A DNA stretch of 64,000 bases, taken from contig NMRA01000054.1 in NCBI GenBank assembly GCA_002633005.1, positions 574,736 through 638,735 of the forward strand, in the 5' to 3' direction. Each line of letters opens with the position of its first letter. Positions within the stretch are counted from its first letter, which is position 1. This document shows positions 38,544-51,550 of the stretch, in pieces. The position numbers and the translations under genes are program-made. The notes under the pieces are model-generated. The model was not told the DNA's origin and did no database searches. It saw only the letters and a program-made list of their open reading frames with translations. Origin of the DNA: Phoronis australis (taxonomy: Eukaryota > Animalia > Phoronida).

Positions 38544-39560
38544 AGCTGCATTTACACGAGAGACAGCTGTCATGGCGCAGCTAACATGACGGCGACATCC
38601 CATTGCTCCCAACTTGTTCGATTCTATAGCCCAACAAGTTGGGAAGTTTACCTCGGTAGCCAATATCTTACATGACTGATTAACTCCGTTCTGGTATTTA
38701 AGGTTGGAGGGCCTGCACTCTTTTGTTTGATAATTGCTCTAATCTCAAATCAGATCGTATCTAGCCTGACTGGGCTGGGCTGATAAAAATGAAAGTTAAG
38801 TTATAACATATTTGAGCTTAAACCAAAAGCAATAGCATTACTGAATTCCTCGTCAAATGCTGATCATGTTCTGTTTTTGAATCACCAAAATCGCCCAACT
38901 ACAACATAAGTTAAGACAGTCTATTCTGTCCAAATGGATTACCAACGCACTGGGTTTGACTGTTCTGAGTACGCGTTCGGTAATAGCGTGCAACCACCAT
39001 ACCTTTCCTTTGAAGCCTGGGACATAATTGGCCTGCTTGTTATCATATGGGACAAAAGACTGTGCTGAGCAGTTAACAAAGAAGTCAGATGTTATCGCAT
39101 GTTCAGCACCCCTCACGTCTGGAAAAGTTACTGAACGACAAAGCGCTGTAATGAACACGGAACGACTGATCAGGTGCATGTGTGTCTGTCAACATAACTG
39201 ACAAGGAGCAAGTTGGCACCGCAGCAACCATTTTTGACACTGGTTTAATAGGTAGAGCGAGTTGCACTAGATCAGTTGCTCCAGTTTCAGCTACACGTCT
39301 AAACACAACTGGGGCAGGGCGGAAAGGGGTCATCTTTGAATGCGCTTGCGCAATAACTAAACATGGGTGATCCACTGACATTCCATGTACTTTGGACGTT
39401 TGCTATTGTTTGTGTAAGCATGTGCAGACAGTCTTCGTGTAAGTGACTCATGTTGATCCAGTTTGCAATCTAATGTTGTGTAAATGTGACTAATAAAAGT
39501 GGAGCAAGTCGCGTTGTGACAACTGACACGGTGACAAATGTCTCTCGTGTAAAAGCGGTT
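38544..39560. mobile_element. PIF/Harbinger-like non-autonomous element
   Basis: TIRs AGCTGCATTTACACGAGAGACA and TGTCTCTCGTGTAAAAGCGGTT, with TAG/TAA flanks. 38560-38778 recurs inverted at about 44097-44310. Confidence 0.7.
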
Positions 39561-41250
39561 TAAGAAGGTAGATCAGAAGACTCACAAACCTTAACATGTG
39601 AACATTTTCAGACCATGGATTAGACATCAGAGATCTTACTTACGTGAATGCTGTATAAATATCAAAAGCTGTTTTGAATTGGAGATTTTGTCCTGTTTAG
39701 CAGGCTAAAAACAGAAATCGAACTAAGCTTTTTACTGAAAATAAAATCGATCTCCTAACATTCCTTACAAGAAAAGAATTCTATTTCATAACCAAAAACA
39801 ACATTGAAATCATCAGAAAATCAAGAAAACACGTCAAAGTTTTGCGAATTTGAAAATGGCACATGTACGCATTGCTTGTGACTCGAGTTGAACATCAAAA
39901 CCATCAGTGAATCAAGAAAACTCTTCAGAGTTTACTGGTGTTGGCCAGCCCTAAAATTGCGAATTACCAAGATCATCATGCAAAAGAATACTATGAGAAT
40001 ATTATCAGTCAGAATAATTGGATCTTAGTTTATAAGCCAGCTAATAAGGGCGAACTGCAGCTTTAACATACTATGACTATATTTGTTGCCAAAACAAAAA
40101 AGTTATATCCTGCCACAGAAGTGACACCTGGTGTTGTTTCTAGAAATTTCTGAGATGATGGCTTTGACCATAGACACACAGTCTAGATGTCAAAGATTTA
40201 GGCTTATGCAAGATGACAAAAGAAAAACATTATTTCGTCACAACACTGTTAACAACACCAAACAGCACTGAGCAATGAAATCAATAAATATGACAGGTCA
40301 TTGCCCCTGCATTCACACTAGTTAATGTTTAATTAAACAATAATGCAGCTCAGAGACCATTGAACTTCACAGCATATAAAGTTTACTTTTAATGAACATT
40401 GATTTCGTAGTACACTTTCGTAGTTTATATCAAAATTTTGCTATATGTATCATGTGTACATATTGACAGTTAGTATGACTTAATTAAAGAGCCACTTCAG
40501 CATTTAACTGTCAATGTTAAATTCTTAATCGAAGCAGCATTGGGGATTAAAAACATTACCACGCTTATGCAATCTTGAATTGTTGCCGAATGAGCAAATA
40601 ACTCAATATCAGACAATGCATACAAGCATCAATTTCTCAATTTTAGGGTTGGCCAATCCCAATAAACTAATTGAAGAGTTTTCTGGAGTTGCTGATGTTT
40701 TCAATGTTCTGGTCGATAACGGAAACAAAACCCTAACACGGTAAGAAATTATTTTCATTTCATGAGAGTAAAAAGCCAAACATGATTTTCGTGTTCTTAA
40801 CAAACTAAACAGGGTGAAATGTAGCTTTAATATTCTGTGGGATCCCAGAAAAAAATTCCAAATTTGGATAACTTTGGAGCATCATAGCTCAGAAATGGAT
40901 TACCGGATTCATATCTCAGATCCTACACTGTATTCACTGTTCTCCAAAATGCTGGAGATGTTTTGAAAATGTTCTACTTTTGCTTGAGGGTTTATCAAAA
41001 ATGGGACTTTTACAACATTCACAAAAATATAAAAATGGCATAAATAGCACAAACGAAATTTGCTCATTTTATGGATGCTGTTTCGCTATGAATACAAAGT
41101 TACCTTTCTTTTTGCTAAACTTTACTAAAAAGATATAGTGACCCAATTCATAGCAGATTTGTTAAAAGTCAAAAATCTATTGGTGTTTTACTTTTAGAAA
41201 ATACAAATCTTCTACTGAGTTAAAATGTTTAGCTTTGTTGATATACAAAA

Positions 41251-42445
41251 AACAAGAGCAACGCAGAGCGTTGAAATGCGCCCACAATTGCACCGCATAC
41301 GGTATCCTTCTAGGGTTGTTTATTGGTACCATAAAGTGGCCAGTAGAGGGCATATATGTAGTATGTTGTACTTTGCAAAATGGAAAGGCATGGTCATTGT
41401 CTCCTCAATAGGCTAGGGGCAAAATGTGAGTGATCTTCATAATACAAGCACATCCTATACANNNNNNNNNNNNNNNNNNNNNNNNNNNNNNNNNNNNNNN
41501 NNNNNNNNNNNNNNNNNNNNNNNNNNNNNNNNNNNNNNNNNNNNNNNNNNNNNNNNNNNNNNNNNNNNNNNNNNNNNNNNNNNNNNNNNNNNNNNNNNNN
41601 NNNNNNNNNNNNNNNNNNNNNNNNNNNNNNNNNNNNNNNNNNNNNNNNNNNNNNNNNNNNNNNNNNNNNNNNNNNNNGAAAACGGGAGGATAGCGTCATC
41701 GCACTAATAGGTGCCTACATACCAAATTTCATGAAAATCCGTTAAGGACTTGTGAAGATACAGAGGTAAACGTAAAAAACTAAAATTGCCACTAGGGGGA
41801 AACACTGGTAGGCGGATAAGTCCAAAAGTCGTCATCGTCTGTTTTTAACATAATATAAATACACTTGTTAAATTTCGTAAAGATCCTGCGAACGGTTTAG
41901 GAGATACAGCCATAGGCGCAAAAAACCAAAACTGCCACTAGGAGGTGCCACAGTAGTCCAAATCGTCAGAAAATCATCGTCAACCGTCTTCTACATAGTA
42001 AGCATATACATGCCAATTTTCACAATCATCCTTTAAGCGGTTTGGTTGATAGAGGGGTGGACGCACAAAAACAGACTCGAAAACACTAAAAATGGCCACT
42101 AGGTGGCGCAAACTATGTCGAATCCATCTGAAAATGGGAAGATAGCGTCATCGCACTAATAGGTGCCTACATACCAAATTTCATGAAAATCCGTTCAGGA
42201 CTTTTGAAGATACAAAGGTAAGCGTAAAAAATTAAAATTGCCACTAGGGGGCACACCGGTAGTCGGATCCGTCCGAAAGTTCGCACATGCCGTCCCATTC
42301 ATAAATTGAACATATGTGCCAAATTTCATGAACATATGTCAAAGGGTTTTGGAGATAGAGCAGCGGACGCCGGACAGACGCCGCCCGGACGGAAGGACGG
42401 AGATGACGGCATAATGCGTCCACATATAAATATGTGGGCGCATAA
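41251..42445 (-). mobile_element. Helentron-associated interspersed element (HINE/DINE-1-type) with internal tandem repeats
   Basis: Minus strand order: 5' subTIR TTATGCGCCCAC with adjacent inverted copy GTGGACGCAT, (GTCC/GTCT)-type microsatellite, about 150-bp core repeats, 3' subTIR GTGGGCGCAT, hairpin CAACGC-TCT-GCGTTG, then CTCTTGTT into a T-run. Confidence 0.85.
41462..41677. other. Assembly gap
   Basis: Run of N. Confidence 1.
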
Positions 42446-42559
42446 TTAGGTCCTACACAGCCTATACATTCCTAGTTTGTAAAATCTAAAAAAATATTCA
42501 AATAATTTGTATACTTTAGTGCATGTTTATGAAAACAAAAATTTACAAAGGGAGTAATG

Positions 42560-43190
42560 GTTTACTGCGCAGAACCTGGAACAAGACAATGCTCATGTCA
42601 CAAGAATCTTTCAAATGAGTGATAAATATAGCTGGGCTCATTAAGCTGTGGAGTTTAGATAGTACTGGTGTCAGTCTGCCAGTAAGAACCACCAACCTTG
42701 CTCCACAGCCAAGGGCAGGCGTCGCCATAGGTGGAATGGAGAATGAGTTTGAAGAGAACATGGGTTCTGGACTTACAACAGCCTTGGGCTTGAGACAAAA
42801 ATCAGAAAACTGTATTTTGATGCTAACTGCTAGGCAGGCATTCTTCATTTCATACAGCTAGCTTGTCAGGCACTGCCACCTCTCAACATAGAAGAGAGGT
42901 GATCTCCCCACATTCCTGTGTATGTTTCTACTTGACCTCGAGCACATACTGACTGAAATGATGTTTAGTCTTCAATTTCGCTGACGGATTGAAGGACAAC
43001 TTGAAAAATATGTTGGTTGAGGTCCATCATTTGTTCGAGCAGGGAAGAGTTAAAGACATCAATAGCCTCCTAAGAGTCCTAAAGTGTCCCTCTACATTCA
43101 AAAGATACATACAGCAATACGACTTTGGTGTTTTATAGCCAGTATGAGGCGTGATTTGCCGAAAAGCTTCCACCGCATGGCGTTGGCATG
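42560..43190 (+). mobile_element. Possible highly decayed Penelope-like 3' end
   Basis: Frameshifted VLDLQQPW..ETKIRKLY..PPLNIEER, followed by a hammerhead-like GTATGAGGC-gtgattt-GCCGAAA at about 43142-43165. Confidence 0.35.
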
Positions 43191-44473
43191 AATACCCGAT
43201 GTTTTAAAATGTCATTTTCCTCTACTATTACACCGTAGGTAAAGTAGGGAGTACTGCATATGCCATTATACAGGAAATCAGATATAGGTGCTCCGGAGGT
43301 CTGGTGAGGTCACAACATTACCGCGGTAATTTAAGTTGGGTAGACAGGTCCTTCTTCAAAATGGTCGTTGGGAACCAATTTGGGTGAACAACAGCCATTA
43401 CCGTTATTCGGTTCCCAGCAGCCATTTGAAAGAGGGTCCTGTCTATTCGAATTTTACCTCTCACAACTAGTGAATAAGCTCTGTAGATGGTGCTACGCAT
43501 TGTTACTAAGACGCCATATTGTTTATTTACAAATTTTAATTTTACTTTCTCTGCGACCAAGTGCCCGTAAGATTTCCACATCTCTAGCCACATGAGTATC
43601 GTTATTTGTATTGTCCTTTCATTGTTTTATTCTCTTTACTTAATGAAATTTTGCCGGTATTTATACTTCCTTATTGTTTTAGACAATGATCATTCGTCTT
43701 GCTTGTTCAACTAAATAAAATACATTGAAATACTTGCGGGTTATCGTCTATGATCGTCGTCGGTTTACTGAAGCAAAAGCAACAAGTAACGAACTACGAT
43801 GCCATCGGTACCATGTCCATGCCCAGGGTGCACATGTCATGACAGCGTTTTCCCGTTCAGTGACTTTGTCTGTTACGACAACAGGCACGCCAATTATCTA
43901 GCAGGCTTATTACGGACCGTGTGAACACCGTCAAACCCAGAGTGAACTGGTACATTCGGAAAGAATAAATTATCGTAATGTTGGTTGCAGCTGGGCAATT
44001 TTGGTAATTCAAAAACTAAACATGGTCACCATTTGACGAGGATTTCAGAAATCATTTGTTCAAATATGTTATAACTTAACTTTTATTTTTAACAGAGCAG
44101 CCCAGTCAGGCTTGATATGATCTTATTGAAGATTAGAGCAATTATCGAACAAAAGAGAGCTGGCCCTCCAACCGTGAATGCCAGAATGGAGTTAATCAGT
44201 CGTGTAAGATATTGGCTACAGGGGTAAACTTCCCAACTTGTTGTTGGGCTATAGAAGCGAACAAGTTGGGAGCAAGGGGAACAGGCCGTAATGTAACTGC
44301 ATGGGGACAATGACGTGGGATTAGGGATTGAACTACTCAAAATACATGGGTATGTTCAAACAGATCAGAATAAGCTCCTATGGTGTATGGAGGCCCTATA
44401 GCTATGACAGGAATATCTACCGTCTGGCGTCTGTGCTAGTTGGGCTGGCCCAATTCAGATGGCGCAAGCCTAG

Positions 44474-45306
44474 TGTTGTAGAAGTGCTTCCGGTGAATCT
44501 TACGAGCCTCTAGCTACTTGCTAACGGGCAATTGCCTATTACCTGAATGGTTAGCATGCTCGCCGTTTTTATGGGGGTTGGTAGAACTTTCCATTCCCAG
44601 GTCGGGTTAATCTCGGCTATTACTACAACTCATGGTGTAGTCGGCAAACGGATGTGATCTACCCAGTTGCCAACTAGTACTCGCGGAACTCGGATGGTGC
44701 GCACGGATGGTGATGGTAAAAGTTCCATTAGTCAAGGATTTGCATGAGAGACAACCTTGTGTTCACCTAGCTGTGTTGTGGTGGTGTAGTAATAGCCGAG
44801 ATTACCCGACCCGGGGATCGAACCAGCGACCCCCATAAAACCGGCAAGCGTGCTAACCATTCAGCTAACAAAGGCTCATATAATTCACCGGAAGCACATC
44901 TACAACATTCCCCCCTTTCCTACGGAACGGGCACGTGACAGGAAGGTGAACACCAGGAAGCACATCTACAACAGTGGTAAAATGTATCAGGCAAAAGGGA
45001 AATTGATGACCTATGTGAGACAAATCTGGCCGAGGTAATTCACCTTCTTGGTGGCGCACCGTAGGGGGTAGGGAGAGCTTTAGCCCTCCACTTTTTTCAG
45101 TGCTGCCATGGCCTATGGCCGGTGCACCACAGAGGAGCTTGGGGGGGGGGGGGATATTGTAGGTTGTANATTTGCCTATTAGCTGAATGGTTAGCATGAT
45201 CAACGGTTTTATGGTACGGCTCATGCCATGGGGGTCGCTGGTTCGATTCCCGGGTCAGGACAGGTGGTCTCCGCTAATCGGCTAATTACTTATTATTACT
45301 ACACCA
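44474..45306 (+). mobile_element. Miniature LTR retroelement (TRIM) with tRNA-like LTRs, outer copy
   Basis: 5' LTR TGTTGTAG...CTACAAC (44474-44629), PBS TGGTGTAGTCGGCA (44633-44646), second LTR about 45156-45306 after a G-run. Confidence 0.7.
44782..44973 (-). mobile_element. Nested antisense copy of the same TRIM with PPT and 4-bp TSD
   Basis: Full LTR 44907-44782 (A box TAGCTGAATGG, B box GGTTCGATCCC), PPT GGAAAGGGGGGAA at 44920-44908, 5' LTR stub 44973-44951, GTGG duplicated at 44778-44781 and 44974-44977. Confidence 0.8.
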
Positions 45307-48300
45307 GTGTTACGACACTTCTTGGGAATGATTTACAACTAATCCTTGGCTGAAATCATTAGAGATAGAAAATTCACATCACAACAAGTCTGCAAAATAT
45401 TCACAAACCTGGGCACAATTGACAGCCGATTTTTGTGATCCATTACCACTGATTACGAGTTTCCGTCGAGATGTGTGGCAAGCTCGCTGTGTATCTCATA
45501 GGCTACAAGAAAAATGAAGTTTGGTTAAATGTTAAAATTGCACTGTGTTAGGGTACCAGTGTCCACTCTCATGCATGTGATAGTAATTGTACATTCATAC
45601 TAGGCTACGTTTTGATATCTATGTGGCTTCATTAACATACTGCACACTCTATTGTCCTTTACATGACAGTTATGACGCCAGCTTCACGAGAACGAGGTTT
45701 CTTGAAAGTCGTCTGATAATCAGAGCAGCTGCAGGTAAATCAGAAATTAACTGGTTTTACTATGTTTGTTTCTGAAAATTTGGTGTTTGAATGATGCACT
45801 AATGTTTGTCAGTTTTCTTATTTGATTATTTGGTTTGTCTGTGTCGATACCTCGAGCTCGCTGTCGCGCTTCCATTAAGTTTGTCAAATGGACACAGTCG
45901 GCAGTCTTCTTCAAGTTTTTGAAGTTTTGCCAAACTTCCGACTCTGTTATTCCAGGTTATAGTCAGACACCAGTCATAAAACGGTCGTTCACCAATTGCC
46001 TACAATGTTATAAAGACATATCAAAGTTCCATTTTAGTTGTTGTTGGCCACAGTTCATCGTGGGCCTGTCTATGGGGTACTATGAGGCCCATTTAGACCC
46101 GTTTAGCCAGGAACTTGGAAGCAGAGCGCATGGTTTCTGGAACAAACCCCCACGAAATGTTGATCTTTTCATTCGAAGTTTCCTTTAAATATTTGTCTTT
46201 TTTCGCCTCCACATTCGAAATGGGTTGGTTTCTTAATTTTCCTGCTGTAACTCCTATGAAAATTATCTCCCCCGAGGGCCTGATGTACCCTTGATGCGAC
46301 TAATCTAATGTGATAAATTATAAATATATACAGCTTTGCTCTGCCACCTATACCTATATGGGTAAAAGACTCGCCAATTAAAGTCTGACAGAAAATTAGT
46401 GCCATTAAAAAGTACACTTGACTGTACTAAACAGTGTTCTACCGTTATTCTGCTGGCTCCTGACTAGTGGAGCTATCTTGTGTCAAAAGCTTGCTGTCAT
46501 CTCCCGAAGCATGTCCCAATAAATGTAGCAAGTGTCATATACGCATGTCATTGAACGTACTGTTTTTCAAGTCAATGACAGAATTTTCTCTGTGACAAAA
46601 TCTAAAAAATTTTGCACGAAATGACGGTTATTAGATTGTTTTTCACTTAACAGCTGTAACGGTCAAGGTGAGTGTGGCTTGACTCCCTGGTTTTTGCATG
46701 CACCCCCGCTGGTTGAATGATGAGTTTCACGTTGAGGATACGAACAGAACTACCTGGGTGGTGTGAAATTTTGAGATCTATGTGAGGTTAACACACATCT
46801 GTTCCTAACTCGTGTATTTTTATGTTAAAATTTTTTATTAAGGCAGCTGGATGGCTACAGGGGATACTACGGTGGAGCCCTTGTCATACTAGTACTCTCA
46901 GTATCAATGTAAATTACTGTATGATAATAATAAGTGGGATATTCCACTAAGCGGGTCTCGAGCTGGCTGTGGTCGTAACCGCTCTTATACGTTATGGTAA
47001 TCATGCATAGTGAGAAGTGATAGAGTATTAGACAGGTAAACAGGAAACGAATTTTTACCCCTGGCGCCGAGATCCGGTAAGGCTAATGAATTTAAGTTGA
47101 AACAAGTTAGTTTTTAGACAGAAAAGCCAAGGTACACATGCTAATAATTTGGTAGAATCAGTTTTGCGAATTATTTAATGACAATATGCTGGATATTTTA
47201 CATTGATTTAATTGGAAATGATTCATTTTTTGACATTTCACACAATAACCAGGATATGCTATTATCCACTGTTGCATTAAGTAGGCTGAACTGCACTTAT
47301 TAACTGGCAATAGCAAATCCTGGTAAAAATATGCCTTGTTAGTACTTCTTGTACGCCAACAGAAGATTTTCTGCATATGGTGCTTCACCCTGACTAATCT
47401 ACCAAAATCATGTTGTTTAAGAACCTTTCTTGCGTAGTAGGACACCTTTTGAGGCAATAGATGTTCTAACTCTTAACAAATGCTGTTCAATCAAGATTTT
47501 TTGTGAACATCCTTGCATTTATCAACAACATTTAGGACTGATCCCATTACGTTCTATGTGCTCATGGTCAAACAAATATGTACTAAAAGTGATGGGGACT
47601 GAGATCACTTGTCTGCCAGCCACGGTGAGAGGCTACAGCACAAATGGGGACCTGTCTATGATGGCACTAGGATGGATCATTGTCTGTGCTGGAACCAGCA
47701 AGCGGCGATGGGCTTTAGGTACTAGTGAGGGGTAATCTGAAGCCATTGCTCTTGCCTGTGAGCTCGAACCTCTAGGCTGTTTCCCATAACTGTACCTTTA
47801 CCTGATTGGTGTAACTCGATTCTCTTGGAATTGCTTTGATCTGGCGTTGTCTTCGATTATGGTTGGAATAATGTTGTAAATCCAGCAAATGACTGGCTGC
47901 AGTGTTCGCAAAGGTAATTGTATTGCTGTTGCGTGAGAGCTCACAAACGTTTAGGTTAATGACAATTAAATGTGTGGGTACCTGGCTGGTTTAGGTTCAA
48001 TTCATGGTCATTGGTTGAATTAACTAAACATCACAAATATGGATGCTGTCAAAACGAGCTCTTTGAAGCAAATTAGTTGGTGATTGTTTTATGTATTATC
48101 TAACAGCATGGGCTGCCTCCTTGAGATGGCTGGCAGATCTAGGCATCCTTCCCAATGTCAGTAAGGTGAATGATAGCAAAAGTGTCTGTTGGTGGCACTT
48201 TACTGGAAGTTTGAGTTTCCCTAGAGAACTGCTTGCGACTTTTCTCTAGCTTTTCAGCAGAAATTATAGCAACCAGACTTACTTCAAAGGCAAAAGACAC

Positions 48301-51300
48301 ACGCACATGCCTACCAGAAGGGGTGTGGAAAGCACCATTGTTTATCGTTGAATATTCTTTTGTGAAGAGTCCAACTTTAAAAGTAATACAGTTAATTAGA
48401 AAATATATTACTTTTTTACCATTTATTCTTCAAACATAACATTACAAATAGTAAACAATAATGCTGCGGCAATGACATTAAAATAATTTATTGGTGAAAA
48501 TGACTCATTCTTTGACAGCTAACAAGTCTCGCTAATGAAAGCAATTTGTTCCCTGAGGGATAAATACCTGTACTTTAGTGGAATTTTCACCTCCTGTGAA
48601 AAGAAGTTAATTAAGGTCACATGAAAAAGGAAACTGAACAAAAATGGAACTCTTTTGTGGCGATGGTCTATGCATAGCCACTTTCTGGAATGCCACAAGG
48701 CCCTCTCTGATTCAGCTTGGCATGCAACTTTACTAATCACAACTTTTCATTTGTTTGCCATTTGTCAGTCTAATGCCACTGAGGTATTACTGTTTCATAT
48801 TAAGTTGCAATGCAAAATTTGAAAAAAACTATGTGAGCATTCATAAATTATTCTTCCCTTCTGCATCTCAACTCAGAAATGCCTTAGCAGCTTTACCATA
48901 GGCCAATCGTATAGTACATTTTTCTTCTTCCACGACAGGAGACTTTTCATTCAAAATGAATTGTTTTTTTTGCACAATTTATAACACATTTTTTAAACTT
49001 TCCTAATATTTTAGAAATTACCATTTCCTCTGAATAGTGCATTGGGAAGCTTCACTTTTTACCTTATGTTATGAAGTGGTTGGAGGGAGTGGAGGATGTG
49101 TGGCAAGCCATGATGCATGCATGTGTGCAGATTAGGATTGTTCATCATTCCGATTTTGGAATTAAAATGTTTGCCAGGTCCGACAAACACCCCAGAAAGT
49201 TTGAACTTTCCGCTAAGGCTCATGGTGATGACAGGTGAATCACAGGTCAGGGCAATTGCTTTTCAAATTTTGTCTTATTGCAGAAAAAGTTAATGTCGAG
49301 CCCTTTCCTCCAGAGCAACTTTTAATAGAAGTACCCCCAGGATTTCCTCATTGTTGTGATGTTCTGATTGACATACAGATGTTAACAGATGAAATTTCAT
49401 TTTGTCAAATTTCTCAATAAAAATGACTCTTCAGGAAAATTTACTTTGCTTTTAGCAGGTTTTGTGTGGTGTGGCTATTATCAAACAACATTTTGTAAAA
49501 TTTCCAGCAGGAAACAAAGTGGTAAGCCTCTGAAAATAAAAATATTAATAGCAATTTTAGCACAATTATTTTTGTCCTAAATTCAAGAATTTTTGTCGTA
49601 GTTGTTTCTGACATCATATCTAATGATGTTCGGGACTATTGATTCGAAATGTTGAATGTTAGAAATGAATGTTCAAAATTATTGGCAATTGTTTGGTATT
49701 TGGCAGCCAATTGAGTTTTAAAAAAGGATGTTAAATCCTTGTCAATTGTACACTAGTGCAGTAATGGATCTATCACTTCTAGCAACTGAACTAAAAGTCT
49801 TTCACTGTCTTTTAACATTGGCATCTATGCATGGGAACTGAGCATATAAGCTGTTCATATCATAGAATAGTAGGCAGGTATCAGATGTAACATATGGTAT
49901 TGCATTGAGTATGCTGGTCAGTCATGATCTGACATTCATGCCTGAAGTGGGTTAATAAGACTTTAAAGTGTCATTGATAAGATCATGCAAGTCTTCACAA
50001 GACATTCCCACATTTTACTTCTGGATCTGAATGACATCAATAGTTTTCTGTAACATGTGTTATTGAATGTGTCCTTGTCCATCTTTCAGATCTGGTTAGT
50101 AATATTGATTCATCAGATACATTGTGAATGCACACTTGACGCTTTAGCAAGGCTAACCTGAGTGGACTTGTGTAATGCATAAAATAATTGCTTAATTAAT
50201 TTTGTTGCTTTTTTCATTTTCATTTTAGTGGCATATTTCTCAGCAAGAGTTTTTTAGAAGCTGTTTATTGACTTAGACATCTGTATTTACTTTGAAATGA
50301 CTTAAAAATACCATGTTATTGTATGCCTGTGTGCAGATGCAGTCTGCTTCTGGACTACCTTGTTCGAGGAATGGTAAAACATTTTTTTTACTGCAAGTTG
50401 CTTCCAAGAAGTTAAGTAAGGTTGACTTGTCAAAAGGTTGACTGGCTAAGTGGCATTCACTATGATCGGTTAGCAAAGGAGACAAAAATAGGTATTTTCT
50501 TCTGTATTAATGTCCCATTTGATCTCACTTGTTCATAGTAGGGAACATAAAGGCCAGGTGCAGGTTGGCAGGGTTTTTCCCTTGGCCAACCTGGAAAACA
50601 GATGCTCGTGACCTTAAAAACTCTCCCTTAGACAATACTTATACCCTCCCTGGTGTCATGGTGCAAGCCCATTCCCCTGTGAGCTGCCAACCCCTCACCC
50701 AAGAGTCCAAGACCTTACCTCCCATACCACAAAGCCAAAATACCATAACATCCCAAAATACCACAGTAAATTTTTGTCTGTTTAGCACACAATATGACAA
50801 AGAAGCAAAATGATATTTTTTCAATTTCTGAACATAAAATTAAGAAAATTGTGGTGTATTGTTACAATTGATTAGTTTCGATGTCATGAAACAACATTTT
50901 GTAATATTCCCATTATTTGAAGAAAGGTAAGCAGCTTTAGAAAAATAGAAAATGACCCTTTTGGTAATTATTTTCCTGAAAAGTAAGTGAAGAACTGTTC
51001 TAAGAGGCAAAATATCCACTAGAGTTGGTGACACGTCCTAACCAATCTCCAAGTCCTATATATAGAACCCCCAAAACAAGCAGAGTTTAGAAAGGCACCT
51101 TGTGGATTAGGGCAGAACAGTATTGGTCAATTAAAACTTGCAGCAAATTTTGCGGAACTCCGTCCTTGATTGGCTTACTGCTTGTCTGGATTCCAAGGAA
51201 TATATTACAAAAAAAATTGTTTGCTGTTACTCAGTGCAGTGAGATATTGTTTTCAATAAGCTTGAAAGCTTTTTGGTGAAATAAGGAAACGCACAAAGCA

Positions 51301-51550
51301 AATTGAGTGACTCGTGGCGAAATTGTCTGAACAAGGGAGTATTAGTGTCGACGAAACCAGCGTCTCCCTTAGATGACAATACTCACGCCACCACTTATAA
51401 GACCGAGAACGACCTTGGAGACCAGATTTGCTGCCTTTGGTTAGATTTCGTCCAAAAAAACAGCAGGAACCTGTTTCATGAAATGTGACGTAAGACTTAA
51501 GTTAAAAATTTGGTTTGGTGCTGCATACAACTTTTTCAGAAAGTAAATTA

